Shown in pieces: positions 23,918-33,888 of a stretch of DNA of 52,608 nucleotides (position 1 is the stretch's first letter; each line of letters opens with the position of its first letter). The DNA comes from a virus. Taxonomy: Duplodnaviria; Caudoviricetes. A model generated the notes under the pieces. That model did not search any database, was not told where the DNA came from, and saw nothing but the letters and a program-made list of their open reading frames with translations. A program made the position numbers and the translations under genes. The DNA lies in the IMG/VR virus record IMGVR_UViG_3300020182_000048, positions 1-52,608 of that record; one strand, written 5' to 3'.

Positions 23918-24522
23918 TGCGGAGTGTATATGACTTTATCATAAAGCCGGTAGGCAAAAGGTATGATAACGAGGTAAAGGTTGGAGAGCATACCCTTATA
24001 ACAAACAGCTCTATAGAAAGCTTTAAGCATGTCAACAATATTGCTGAGGTAGTTGAAACACCGGTTGCGTTTGCGACCCCTATAAGGAAAGGTGATTTGA
24101 TTATGGTACATCATAATGTATTCAGAGTATTCTACGACATGAAAGGAATCAAAAAGAACAGTAGGTCTTTCTTAAAAGACAACTTGTTTTTTTGCGCGGT
24201 TGATCAAGTGTATTTGTATAAAAGAACAGACACTTGGAAATCATTTGGAGATAGATGCTTTGTTGCACCTGTTAAGAATAAAGACATTTTAAGCGCAGAT
24301 AAAGTAGCTGATCTTATTGGTATACTTAAAATAGGTAATAGCTCCTTAGAGGAGTCTGGAATCAATCCAGGGGACATAATTGGATTCACACCAAATAGCG
24401 AATGGGAATTTGTTGTAGACAATCAAATTATGTATTGTATGAAATCAAATGATATTGTTATAAAGTATGGACTCGATAGAAACGAAGAAGAATATAATAG
24501 CCGCTGGGCGACTAGCGATTGA
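23917..24522 (+). CDS. Tandem GroES-like domain protein
   Basis: Two halves, each with F/I.I.PV...(G/E)V/I...GD.I, typical of the Cpn10 fold. Confidence 0.6.
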   Translation: MRSVYDFIIKPVGKRYDNEVKVGEHTLITNSSIESFKHVNNIAEVVETPVAFATPIRKGDLIMVHHNVFRVFYDMKGIKKNSRSFLKDNLFFCAVDQVYLYKRTDTWKSFGDRCFVAPVKNKDILSADKVADLIGILKIGNSSLEESGINPGDIIGFTPNSEWEFVVDNQIMYCMKSNDIVIKYGLDRNEEEYNSRWATSD

Positions 24523-24739
24523 AGAATTAGTAAAGGTAGCAAAAGAAAAGATCGTTGACTCAGAAGAGGATATCTCAGCTGACAGACTTAAAAATGCTGC
24601 CGCTACTAAAAAGTTATGTATATTTGATGCTTTTGAAATTCTTACAAGAATTCAGGAGGAGGAAAGTATGATAAACGAATCGTCAAGCGCTTCAACTAAA
24701 CCTGCTTTTAAAGGGTTTGCAGAATCGAGATCTAAATAA
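24467..24739 (+). CDS. Putative terminase small subunit
   Basis: 90-aa helical protein coupled to TerL; positional inference. Confidence 0.45.
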   Translation: MDSIETKKNIIAAGRLAIEELVKVAKEKIVDSEEDISADRLKNAAATKKLCIFDAFEILTRIQEEESMINESSSASTKPAFKGFAESRSK

Positions 24740-26952
24740 TGGCATATCAACAGGAATTATACCGGATAGCCAAAGACTACATTAAGCCGCAAGCAATTAA
24801 GAAAAAGAATCGCTACGCTAAATGGGAGTATGGTTACGACAAGGAGTACGATCTTGTTGTAATAAGCAGGACAGGCAAGATAGGAGATATATATGTTATT
24901 GGTGATTTACATATCGCATTACCTTTGCTAGAAGATAAACTTAGCAAGGGAATTAATAAGTGGGCACCAAAAGAATACCCAAAAGAATTAAGTAAAATTA
25001 AAAGCGAAGCGGATTGGGAGAAGTATCCAGCTGCATTTAAAGAAAAGTGGTATGAATATATTGACACAGAGTTTAACAGGCGTGAAGAGGGTTTTTGGTT
25101 TATTAACAAAGACAAGCCTACTTATATTACTGGTACTCACTACATGTACTTGCAGTGGTCCAAGATTGACGTTGGGCACCCAGACTTTCGAGAGTCAAAC
25201 AGATTGTTCTATCTTTTTTGGGAAGCTTGCAAAGCAGACAGACGAAGCTATGGCATGTGTTACCTTAAGAACAGAAGATCGGGTTTTTCTTTCATGGCCT
25301 CAGGAGAGACCGTTAACCAAGGCACAATATCTACGGATGCTAGATTTGGCATACTGTCCAAGTCTGGACCCGATGCAAAGAAGATGTTTACAGACAAAGT
25401 TGTTCCGATATCGGTTAACTATCCATTCTTCTTTAAACCAATACAGGACGGAATGGACCGCCCGAAAACAGAGCTTGCGTACAGAGTTCCAGCCTCAAAG
25501 CTTACAAGGAGGAAACTCGATTCAAACGAGAAACTCCAGGAAATTACAGGTCTCGACACAACGATCGACTGGAAAAACACCGGGGACAACTCTTACGATG
25601 GAGAAAAACTAAAGCTATTAGTACACGACGAAAGCGGTAAGTGGGAAAGGCCTACTAACATACTTAACAATTGGCGTGTTACAAAAACTTGCTTGAGATT
25701 AGGTAGTCGTATTATAGGAAAGTGTATGATGGGCTCAACCTCAAATTCATTAGACAAGGGAGGTAAAAACTTTAAGAAATTATATAACGATTCAGACGTT
25801 ACAAAAAGAAATAAGAATGGGCAAACAAAAAGTGGATTATATAAGCTTTTTATACCGATGGAGTGGAACTATGAAGGATTCATCGATGAACACGGTTGGC
25901 CGGTTTTTGACGTACCTAAGAAAGATATTCTTGGTCCTCAAGGTGACGTTATTGATGAGGGCGTCATTGATCATTGGGAAAATGAAGTTGAAGGATTAAA
26001 AGACGATCCGGATGCGTTGAACGAATACTATCGTCAATTCCCAAGAACAGAACAACACGCTTTTAGAGATGAGTCTAAACAATCATTATTTAACTTGACT
26101 AAGATCTATCAACAGATAGACTACAATGACGAGTTAAAAAACAATACAATGGTTACGAAAGGAAACTTTCAATGGGAACACGGTATTAAAGACACAAAAG
26201 TAATGTTCTACCCGAACAAAGACGGTAGGTTTTATATTACTTGGGTCCCTGATCAAGAACAACAGAATAATATAATAATAAAGAATGGTATTAAATATCC
26301 AGGAAACGAGCACATGGGAGCTTTTGGTTGTGACAGTTATGACATTAGTGGTGTTGTGGGCGGTGGTGGCTCTAACGGATCACTTCATGGATTAACGAAA
26401 TTTTCAATGGAGGATGCCCCTCCTAACCATTTCTTTCTAGAATACATAGCTAGACCATCAACAGCTGAAATGTTTTTTGAAGATGTACTGATGGCTATGG
26501 TATTTTACGGAATGCCTATATTAGCTGAAAACAACAAACCAAGATTGCTTTATTATTTAAAGCGTCGAGGATATAGAGGCTTTAGTATCAACAGACCAGA
26601 TAGGTCTTACAACAAGTTGTCGGTGTCAGAGCGAGAAGTAGGCGGTATACCTAACTCAAGTGAAGACATCAAGCAAGCACACGCCTCAGCAATTGAAACT
26701 TATATAGAAGATTTTGTTGGTCAAACAAAAGAAGGGTACGGTGATGTTTATTTACAAAGAACATTAGAAGACTGGGCTAAGTTTGATATAAACAACAGAA
26801 CAAAGCATGATGCATCGATAAGCTCCGGCTTAGCTTTGATGGCATGCAACAAACACAGATATAGTCCTAAGGGAGCTATAACCACAAAGAAATATTCCTT
26901 AGGGTTTAAGAAATACGACAATAAAGGAACCACCTCAAAAATAATGCAATAG
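24739..26952 (+). CDS. terL: Terminase large subunit
   Basis: Walker A-like KNRRSGFS, Walker B LLVHDESGK, coupling GSTSN, nuclease FGCDSYD...HDASIS. Confidence 0.92.
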   Translation: MAYQQELYRIAKDYIKPQAIKKKNRYAKWEYGYDKEYDLVVISRTGKIGDIYVIGDLHIALPLLEDKLSKGINKWAPKEYPKELSKIKSEADWEKYPAAFKEKWYEYIDTEFNRREEGFWFINKDKPTYITGTHYMYLQWSKIDVGHPDFRESNRLFYLFWEACKADRRSYGMCYLKNRRSGFSFMASGETVNQGTISTDARFGILSKSGPDAKKMFTDKVVPISVNYPFFFKPIQDGMDRPKTELAYRVPASKLTRRKLDSNEKLQEITGLDTTIDWKNTGDNSYDGEKLKLLVHDESGKWERPTNILNNWRVTKTCLRLGSRIIGKCMMGSTSNSLDKGGKNFKKLYNDSDVTKRNKNGQTKSGLYKLFIPMEWNYEGFIDEHGWPVFDVPKKDILGPQGDVIDEGVIDHWENEVEGLKDDPDALNEYYRQFPRTEQHAFRDESKQSLFNLTKIYQQIDYNDELKNNTMVTKGNFQWEHGIKDTKVMFYPNKDGRFYITWVPDQEQQNNIIIKNGIKYPGNEHMGAFGCDSYDISGVVGGGGSNGSLHGLTKFSMEDAPPNHFFLEYIARPSTAEMFFEDVLMAMVFYGMPILAENNKPRLLYYLKRRGYRGFSINRPDRSYNKLSVSEREVGGIPNSSEDIKQAHASAIETYIEDFVGQTKEGYGDVYLQRTLEDWAKFDINNRTKHDASISSGLALMACNKHRYSPKGAITTKKYSLGFKKYDNKGTTSKIMQ

Positions 26953-29364
26953 ATGAATGTAAGTACAAATACTAATAGTCCATTTCCTGATCAGGTAGTA
27001 AGTGACGCTGAAAAAGCAACGCTAGAATACGGATTGCAGGTTTCTCGTGCTATTGAGCAAGAGTGGTTTAATTATGGAGGTGCAGGTTCAAATAGATATC
27101 TAACTAACTGGAATAACTTTCATAACCTAAGGTTATACGCCAGGGGAGAACAAAGCGTTCAAAAATATAAAGATGAATTAGCTATTAACGGCGATTTATC
27201 TTATTTGAATTTAGATTGGAAGCCAGTACCCATACTATCAAAGTTTTCAAACATTGTAGCTAATGGTATTACTCAAAAGCAATATGATATATCAGCTTAC
27301 TCGCAAGATCCTGAGTCTTTAAAAGCTAGAACGGATTACGCGGAGAATCTTCTTTTTGATATGATGACAAGAGAAGCCCGGGCAGAAGCTAGCGCGGTTA
27401 TACCCATGGACCTTAGCCGTTCGGGTGTTCCTGATGGAGAGTTGCCTGAGTCTACAGAAGAAAGAGATTTGCACATGCAGCTTAAGTACAAGCCTGCTAT
27501 AGAAATAGCGGAGGAAGAAGCTATTAGCACTGTGTTAGCTACTAACGAGTATAATCTAACGCGAGCTAGGATAAATCAAGATTTAGTTAATATCGGAATA
27601 GGCATAACTAAAACATCGTTTAACCCGGCAGAGGGTATAGTTGTTGACTACGTAGATCCAGCTTATTGCGTATGGTCTTATACGGAGGACCCTAACTTCG
27701 AGGATATATATTATGTAGGTGAAGTTAAATCTATAACAATACCAGAGCTTAAAAAAGAATTCCCTTATATATCTGACGAGCAATTAGAAAGAATTCAAAA
27801 GATGCCAGGCAATCGTAGAATGATACGAGGCTTTGAGAACTACGACTATAATACAGTACAAGTATTATACTTTGAGTATAAAACTTATACGGACCAGGTG
27901 TTTAAAATAAAGAAAACAGACAACGGTCTTGAAAAGGCTATTGAAAAAACAAACGAATTTGATCCCCCACCAAATGACAACTTTGAAAGAGTGTCAAGGT
28001 CAATTGAAGTATTGTACCAAGGTGCCAAAGTAGTAGGTACGGACATTATGCTAGAATGGAAACTAGCCGAAAACATGACTCGCCCAATGGCTGACACTAC
28101 AAGAGTGGAAATGAGTTACTCTATAGCTGCTCCTAGAATGTACAAGGGAGTGATACAGTCGCTTATAAGCAAGTGCATTGGGTTTGCTGACGTAATACAA
28201 TTAACGCATTTAAAAATACAGCAGGTACTATCTAGAATGGTTCCTGATGGAATATTTTTAGATATTGATGGTTTAGCAGAAGTTGATTTAGGTAATGGTA
28301 CAAATTATAACCCGGCGGAAGCATTAAACATGTACTTCCAAACAGGTTCAGTTGTTGGTAGATCAATGACGCAGGACGGGGATATGAACAGAGGCAAGGT
28401 TCCTATACAAGAATTATCAAGCTCTTCCGGTATATCTAAAATACAATCTTTAATTACTGCATACAACTATAATATGCAGATGATTAGAGACGTTACTGGA
28501 TTAAATGAAGCCAGGGACGGAGCTATGCCAGATCCTAACGCTTTAGTAGGCTTGCAAAAAATGGCAGCGAATGCTTCTAATGTTGCCACTAAGCATATAC
28601 AGGATGCAAGTATACAGTTGACATTGAGTACTTGCGAAAATATTTCGCTTAAAATAGTCGACGCGTTAAACTTCCCTCTTACTAAAAATTCTTTAATGAA
28701 TAGCGTATCTACTTTTAATGTAGAAACTTTAAAAGAAATTGAAAACCTCAACCTGCATGACTTTGGTATATTTTTAGAAATAGAGCCAGATGACGAAGAA
28801 AAAGCAGAGCTGCAAAAGAATATACAAATAGCCTTGCAAACAAAAGAAATTGATATAGAGGATTCAATTGATATCAGCCAAATAAAAAACCTTAAGCTAG
28901 CTAATCAAATGCTAAAGCTTAAGCGCAAGAAGAAGCAGGAAAGAGAGCAAGCGCTGGTTCAGCAAAATATACAAGCACAAGCTCAAGCAAACGCAGAAGC
29001 GTCTGAAAGAGCCGCGATGGCTGAAGTACAAAAGCAACAAGCAATGACTGCTGAGAAGGTGGCAATCGAGCAAGCTAAATCTAATTTTGAAATGCAAAGA
29101 ATGCAGACCGAAGCGCAGATTAAAAAAGAGTTGATGGCAACGGAGTTCCAATACAACTTAAAGCTCGCACAGATGAAGTCTCAAGAAACACAAGCCAAAG
29201 ACGCGCAAATAGAAGATCGCAAAGACAAAAGAATAGAGAAAGAAGGTACGCAACAAAGCCAGCTGATAGAGCAAAGGCAAACGCAAGGATTACCAAAAGA
29301 CTTTGAGTCTGCGGGTAATGATAACCTAGGTGGATTTGATCTATCTCAATTCGAACCGCAATAA
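26953..29364 (+). CDS. Portal protein
   Basis: 803 aa between TerL and scaffold/MCP; RDVTGLNEARDG motif; Q-rich C-terminal coil. Confidence 0.85.
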   Translation: MNVSTNTNSPFPDQVVSDAEKATLEYGLQVSRAIEQEWFNYGGAGSNRYLTNWNNFHNLRLYARGEQSVQKYKDELAINGDLSYLNLDWKPVPILSKFSNIVANGITQKQYDISAYSQDPESLKARTDYAENLLFDMMTREARAEASAVIPMDLSRSGVPDGELPESTEERDLHMQLKYKPAIEIAEEEAISTVLATNEYNLTRARINQDLVNIGIGITKTSFNPAEGIVVDYVDPAYCVWSYTEDPNFEDIYYVGEVKSITIPELKKEFPYISDEQLERIQKMPGNRRMIRGFENYDYNTVQVLYFEYKTYTDQVFKIKKTDNGLEKAIEKTNEFDPPPNDNFERVSRSIEVLYQGAKVVGTDIMLEWKLAENMTRPMADTTRVEMSYSIAAPRMYKGVIQSLISKCIGFADVIQLTHLKIQQVLSRMVPDGIFLDIDGLAEVDLGNGTNYNPAEALNMYFQTGSVVGRSMTQDGDMNRGKVPIQELSSSSGISKIQSLITAYNYNMQMIRDVTGLNEARDGAMPDPNALVGLQKMAANASNVATKHIQDASIQLTLSTCENISLKIVDALNFPLTKNSLMNSVSTFNVETLKEIENLNLHDFGIFLEIEPDDEEKAELQKNIQIALQTKEIDIEDSIDISQIKNLKLANQMLKLKRKKKQEREQALVQQNIQAQAQANAEASERAAMAEVQKQQAMTAEKVAIEQAKSNFEMQRMQTEAQIKKELMATEFQYNLKLAQMKSQETQAKDAQIEDRKDKRIEKEGTQQSQLIEQRQTQGLPKDFESAGNDNLGGFDLSQFEPQ

Positions 29365-29396
29365 ATACCTATTTAATAATTATATAATATCATATC

Positions 29397-30488
29397 ATGA
29401 GTGAAGTAAAAACAGAGGGATCTTTTAAGATCAAATCTAGACCTAAGCTAACAGACGAACAATTAGCCGCTAAGAATAAAGAGCCGCTAATAGATGTCCC
29501 AAGCAATGTAACAAAAGTAGTAATTCCCAAAGAAGATGCGCCGGCTGAGGATCCGCTTTTAGAAGGAGACGGAGACGGAGACGGAGACGGAGTTATAAAA
29601 GAAATAGTTGACGATAAGCCTATTGAGCCAGCTGCACCAGCTGCACCTGTTGCGCCGGCTGTAGAGTTGCCGGAAAACGTTACAAAGCTAGTTGATTTTA
29701 TGCGTGAAACCGGGGGAACCATGCAGGATTACATGCGATTAAATACTAATTACGACGATGTGGATCGCGACGTATTGGTAAAAGAATATTACAAAAACAC
29801 TAAGTCACACTTAAGTGCAGAAGAAATCGAGTTTATGATCGAGGACAACTTTGCATTTGATGAAGACCTAGATGAGGAGCGAGATATCCGTAGAAAAAAA
29901 CTCGCATATAAAGAAGAGGTTGCCAAAGCCCGTAAGTTTTTAAATGATACTAAAGATAAGTATTACGATGAGATCAAGTTGAACTCACCTAGCTTATCCC
30001 AGGATCAACAAAAAGCATCGGACTTTTTTAATCGATATAAAGAGGACCAGGAAAGAAACGTCGCTAACCACGATAAGTTTAAGGCTAAGACTAATGAATT
30101 ACTTAATGAAAATTTCGAAGGTTTCGATTTCAGTTTAGGTGAGAAAAAGTTTAGATACAGCGTACAAAACCCATCACAGATAGCGGAAAAGCAGTCAGAC
30201 ATTAGTAACTTCATAGGGAAGTTTCTGGGAGAAGACGGCACGATTACAGATACCGCAGGGTATCACAAAGCATTATACGCTGGAGCGAATGCCGATAAAA
30301 TGGCAAATCATTTCTATGAGCAAGGCAAAGCCGACGCAACTAGAGATATCCTATCTAAATCTAAAAACCCATCGACAGGAGCAAGACAAGCTGCACCGGT
30401 TGAGGGGGTTAAGTTTGGAGCATATAAAGTTAAATCTGTTTCTGGAGCGGACTCATCAAAGTTAAAAATTAAAAAGTTTAAAAACTAA
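29397..30488 (+). CDS. Capsid scaffolding protein
   Basis: Acidic disordered N-terminus with (GGAGAC)4 at 29565-29588; sits directly before the MCP. Confidence 0.7.
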   Translation: MSEVKTEGSFKIKSRPKLTDEQLAAKNKEPLIDVPSNVTKVVIPKEDAPAEDPLLEGDGDGDGDGVIKEIVDDKPIEPAAPAAPVAPAVELPENVTKLVDFMRETGGTMQDYMRLNTNYDDVDRDVLVKEYYKNTKSHLSAEEIEFMIEDNFAFDEDLDEERDIRRKKLAYKEEVAKARKFLNDTKDKYYDEIKLNSPSLSQDQQKASDFFNRYKEDQERNVANHDKFKAKTNELLNENFEGFDFSLGEKKFRYSVQNPSQIAEKQSDISNFIGKFLGEDGTITDTAGYHKALYAGANADKMANHFYEQGKADATRDILSKSKNPSTGARQAAPVEGVKFGAYKVKSVSGADSSKLKIKKFKN

Positions 30489-30493
30489 AAACT

Positions 30494-31945
30494 ATGAGTT
30501 TATTACCACAATTTGGGGATATGACCCCAACACAAGTACCGCAGTTACTTTCAACAAACTACTTGCAATGGAACAACAACGGTGGAGCAGCCGGGATTCC
30601 TGGAAACTTTGCTGACTTTGCGCAGCAGTACCTACCAGAAATCTACGAAGCAGAAGTAGAGCGTTATGGAAACAGAACGTTATCTGGATTTTTACAAATG
30701 GTTGGTGCTGAAATGCCAATGACATCTGATCAAGTTATCTGGTCTGAACAAAACCGTCTACACATATCTTACACGGATGTTGTAGTTGATGCAGCAGGAA
30801 CAGGATTTGTTATCCCTGTAGGAGTAGGAATTACTAACGTAATATCCGTTCAGGATACTATCGTTATTCTTGACCCAGCAACTGGAGTAGAAGCTAAAGG
30901 TATTGTTACTGCATCAGGTGCAGCAGCAGGAAACGGAGCATTAACCGTGCAACTTTACAGTGGAGTTACACCAGCAGCGGCATTTGGAGCTGCTCAGCCA
31001 GGTCTTAAGATATTCGTTTACGGATCTGACTATTCTAAAGGATCGCAAATAGGTGGAGCAACACCTAGAGTGAGCATAGAGCCTGTTTTAACACAGTATT
31101 CTAACTCACCGATTATCATCAGAGATCAATATGTTGTGAACGGATCGGACACTGCACAGATCGGATGGGTAAATGTAGCGACTGAAGATGGAACTGACGG
31201 ATACCTATGGTACCTAAAAGCTGAGTCTGAAACACGTTTACGCTATGCTGACAAGCTAGAAATGGCTATGGTAGAAGGAGAGCTTAACTTGAATGCAGGT
31301 GCTGGTGCAAACCAAAACTTACTTCAGCCAGGAACAGAAGGTATGTTCGCAGCTATCCAAAGCAGAGGAAACGTAGAGACTGGATTTACAGCAGCAGGCG
31401 GTTTAACTGAATTTGATAACATTCTTAAGAATCTTGATACTCAAGGAGCTATCGAAGAAAACATGTTGTTTGTACAACGTCAGACTTCTTTAGACTTTGA
31501 TGACATGCTAGCTGCAATTTCTGGAGGAGCACAAGGAGGAACCGCTTACGGTTTATTCGAGAACTCTTCTGAAATGGCTTTAAACTTAGGATTCACTGGA
31601 TTCCGTAGAGGATCTTACGACTTCTACAAAACAGACTGGAGATACTTAAATGATGCATCTACTCGTGGAGCAATCAATGGAGTTAATTCAATCGAAGGTG
31701 TATTAGTACCAGCTGGAACTTCAACTGTTTACGATCAAGTATTAGGAACAAATATCAGACGACCATTTTGTCATATCCGATATAGAGCTTCTCAGACTGA
31801 TGACCGTAGAATGAAGTCTTGGTTAACTGGATCTGTTGGTGGAGCGTCTAGCTCAACTTTAGATGCAATGGAAGTAAACTTCCTATCTGAAAGATGTTTG
31901 ATTACTCAAGCAGCTAACAACTTTGTACTATTCAAAGGAATCTAA
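30494..31945 (+). CDS. Major capsid protein
   Basis: 483 aa, strong codon bias, followed by a terminator; TerL-portal-scaffold-MCP synteny. Confidence 0.85.
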   Translation: MSLLPQFGDMTPTQVPQLLSTNYLQWNNNGGAAGIPGNFADFAQQYLPEIYEAEVERYGNRTLSGFLQMVGAEMPMTSDQVIWSEQNRLHISYTDVVVDAAGTGFVIPVGVGITNVISVQDTIVILDPATGVEAKGIVTASGAAAGNGALTVQLYSGVTPAAAFGAAQPGLKIFVYGSDYSKGSQIGGATPRVSIEPVLTQYSNSPIIIRDQYVVNGSDTAQIGWVNVATEDGTDGYLWYLKAESETRLRYADKLEMAMVEGELNLNAGAGANQNLLQPGTEGMFAAIQSRGNVETGFTAAGGLTEFDNILKNLDTQGAIEENMLFVQRQTSLDFDDMLAAISGGAQGGTAYGLFENSSEMALNLGFTGFRRGSYDFYKTDWRYLNDASTRGAINGVNSIEGVLVPAGTSTVYDQVLGTNIRRPFCHIRYRASQTDDRRMKSWLTGSVGGASSSTLDAMEVNFLSERCLITQAANNFVLFKGI

Positions 31946-31955
31946 GGATTCAAAT

Positions 31956-32000
31956 GTAATTCTTACCCTCGTTGTATCAGCGAGGGTAATTATTACTTTT
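31956..32000 (+). terminator. Rho-independent terminator after MCP
   Basis: TTACCCTCGTTG-tat-CAGCGAGGGTAA stem, then TTTT. Confidence 0.8.
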
Positions 32001-32025
32001 ATCAATTATTAAATTATATTATATT

Positions 32026-32868
32026 ATGGCGAATAAAAAACCAGCGGCTAAAAAAGTCGAAAAAGTAGAAGAGGTTGTGCAGGAGCAAGCAGCTCCAATG
32101 CCGACAAAAAAAATGAAAGAACCCGCTAAACCGGAATGGGAAATTAAAGACAGAGTGTATTACTTAACAGGAAGACACACTCCTCTTACCCTAACAATAC
32201 CAGGAAGGCACACTCAAAAGCATGCTTTATTGTATTTTGATGAAAAAGCAGGTAAACAAAAAGAAATTAGATATGCAACCAACCATGATTCTCCGTTTAA
32301 AGAAGAACAAGAAGGAGAAGCTACGATGGGACATATCATGTTTAGAGATGGGGATTTAAAAGTTCCTAAAGAAAAACAAAACTTACAAAAGCTGTTGTCT
32401 TTGTATCACCCCTTAAAAGGAAGAGTATACGAAGAGTTTGATGCTCAAGAAGAAGCCTATGACGATTTAGAACTGCTTGATTTACAAACAGATGCAGCAG
32501 TGTTTGCAAGAGAAATGGATATCGACGATGCAGAAGCAATACTTCGTGTTGAAATAGGTAGCTCAGTATCTAGCCTATCATCTAAGGAAATAAAAAGAGA
32601 CCTTAGATTGTTTGCCAGAAGTAATCCAGAATTATTCTTAGAGCTCGCTCAAGATGAAAACGTTGGATTGCGTAATACAGCAATCAAAGCAACCGAAGCA
32701 GGAATATTAGTTTTATCTCAGGATCAAAGAACATTTTCTTGGGGATCTAACGGAAGAAAGCTAATGAGTGTTCCTTTTGACGAGAATCCTTACTCTGCAA
32801 TGGCAGCTTACTTCAAGACCGACGAAGGTGGCGAAGTGTTTAGATCTATAGAAAAAAAGTTTAATTAG
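32026..32868 (+). CDS. Conserved-type protein downstream of MCP
   Basis: 280 aa; position matches the conserved gene after MCP in crAss-like capsid modules. Confidence 0.7.
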   Translation: MANKKPAAKKVEKVEEVVQEQAAPMPTKKMKEPAKPEWEIKDRVYYLTGRHTPLTLTIPGRHTQKHALLYFDEKAGKQKEIRYATNHDSPFKEEQEGEATMGHIMFRDGDLKVPKEKQNLQKLLSLYHPLKGRVYEEFDAQEEAYDDLELLDLQTDAAVFAREMDIDDAEAILRVEIGSSVSSLSSKEIKRDLRLFARSNPELFLELAQDENVGLRNTAIKATEAGILVLSQDQRTFSWGSNGRKLMSVPFDENPYSAMAAYFKTDEGGEVFRSIEKKFN

Positions 32869-32869
32869 T

Positions 32870-32897
32870 AGTTTTTAAAAAAACTATGTGATTATAT
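32870..32897 (+). promoter_or_regulatory. Late promoter-like motif
   Basis: AGTTTT-N12-GTGATTATAT upstream of the tail operon. Confidence 0.65.
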
Positions 32898-32916
32898 TAT
32901 AGATGGTGAATTAATT

Positions 32917-32946
32917 TTAGCCGGCTTCATCACTGGGGCCGGTTAA
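32917..32946 (+). other. Stable hairpin in the leader of the tail operon
   Basis: TTAGCCGGCTTCA-tcac-TGGGGCCGGTTAA, no U tract. Confidence 0.6.
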
Positions 32947-32967
32947 TATTTATAATAAAATAAAAAA

Positions 32968-33885
32968 ATGGCAGTAAATGTAGATATAGTTTATAAAACA
33001 GTGTTACTTATTCTGAATAAAGAACAGAGAGGTAACTTATCTCCGGACGAATTCAATAAGGTTGCAACACAAGTGCAATTAGAAATCTTCGAGAGCTATT
33101 TTGATACGCTTAATCAACAGCTACGTAGACCAGATAATGATACGGAATATGGTGATCGCATTAAAAATGTAGACCATAACATATCTGTATTTAAAACATA
33201 CGGTGATGCAACCTATGTCCCAACAGGCGGGTATTTTACTTTACCAACAACCTCAGGGTTAGGCACCGCGGTGCAGTCACTTACGGGCGACGGGGTTGCA
33301 ATATCGTTTCCTTTTACATCGATAACATCTTCGCAGTTACAAACCAGTGTAATTGCTGTTACAATAAACGGTGTATCTACTACAGCTTACACAATCAGTG
33401 GAGCTAACATAATATTTAACAGTATACCAGCTTTAAACGACGCTATAATCGTTACAGCGACTTCAGAGGACTTTTATAGACTCGGTACGGTTATATATCA
33501 AGATTCGAAAGAAGCGCAGCTATCTCAGCGAAACGAGCTTCTATACTTAAACAACAACCCTTTAATAGCCCCAACAAAAACATATCCTATATATTTATAT
33601 GAGGATAGTAAATTATACTTGTATCCGCAAACTATTACATCGGATGTAAGTGTTAGCTACTTAAGGAAGCCTGTAGATGTTATATGGAACTTTACAATTC
33701 CATCTGGACAAAACTACTACCAATACAATGCTACTAACTCAGTTAATTTTGAGCTATCAAAAACGGAGCAGGCAAATATTATCTTAAAGATATTACTCTA
33801 CTCGGGTGTCGTTATAAGAGACCCATCAATAGTACAGATAGCGGCACAGCAAGTGCAACAAGAAAATCAACGCTCAATAATGTAA
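32968..33885 (+). CDS. Head-tail adaptor / tail ring protein
   Basis: Helical N- and C-termini, LYLYP....V.VSYLRKP; inserted small beta domain. Confidence 0.7.
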   Translation: MAVNVDIVYKTVLLILNKEQRGNLSPDEFNKVATQVQLEIFESYFDTLNQQLRRPDNDTEYGDRIKNVDHNISVFKTYGDATYVPTGGYFTLPTTSGLGTAVQSLTGDGVAISFPFTSITSSQLQTSVIAVTINGVSTTAYTISGANIIFNSIPALNDAIIVTATSEDFYRLGTVIYQDSKEAQLSQRNELLYLNNNPLIAPTKTYPIYLYEDSKLYLYPQTITSDVSVSYLRKPVDVIWNFTIPSGQNYYQYNATNSVNFELSKTEQANIILKILLYSGVVIRDPSIVQIAAQQVQQENQRSIM

Positions 33886-33888
33886 GAT

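Noticed and set aside
29565-29591. (GGAGAC)4 as a phase-variable repeat
   Set aside because: It is an in-frame hexamer encoding a GD linker in the disordered scaffold N-terminus, so length changes would not shift the frame.
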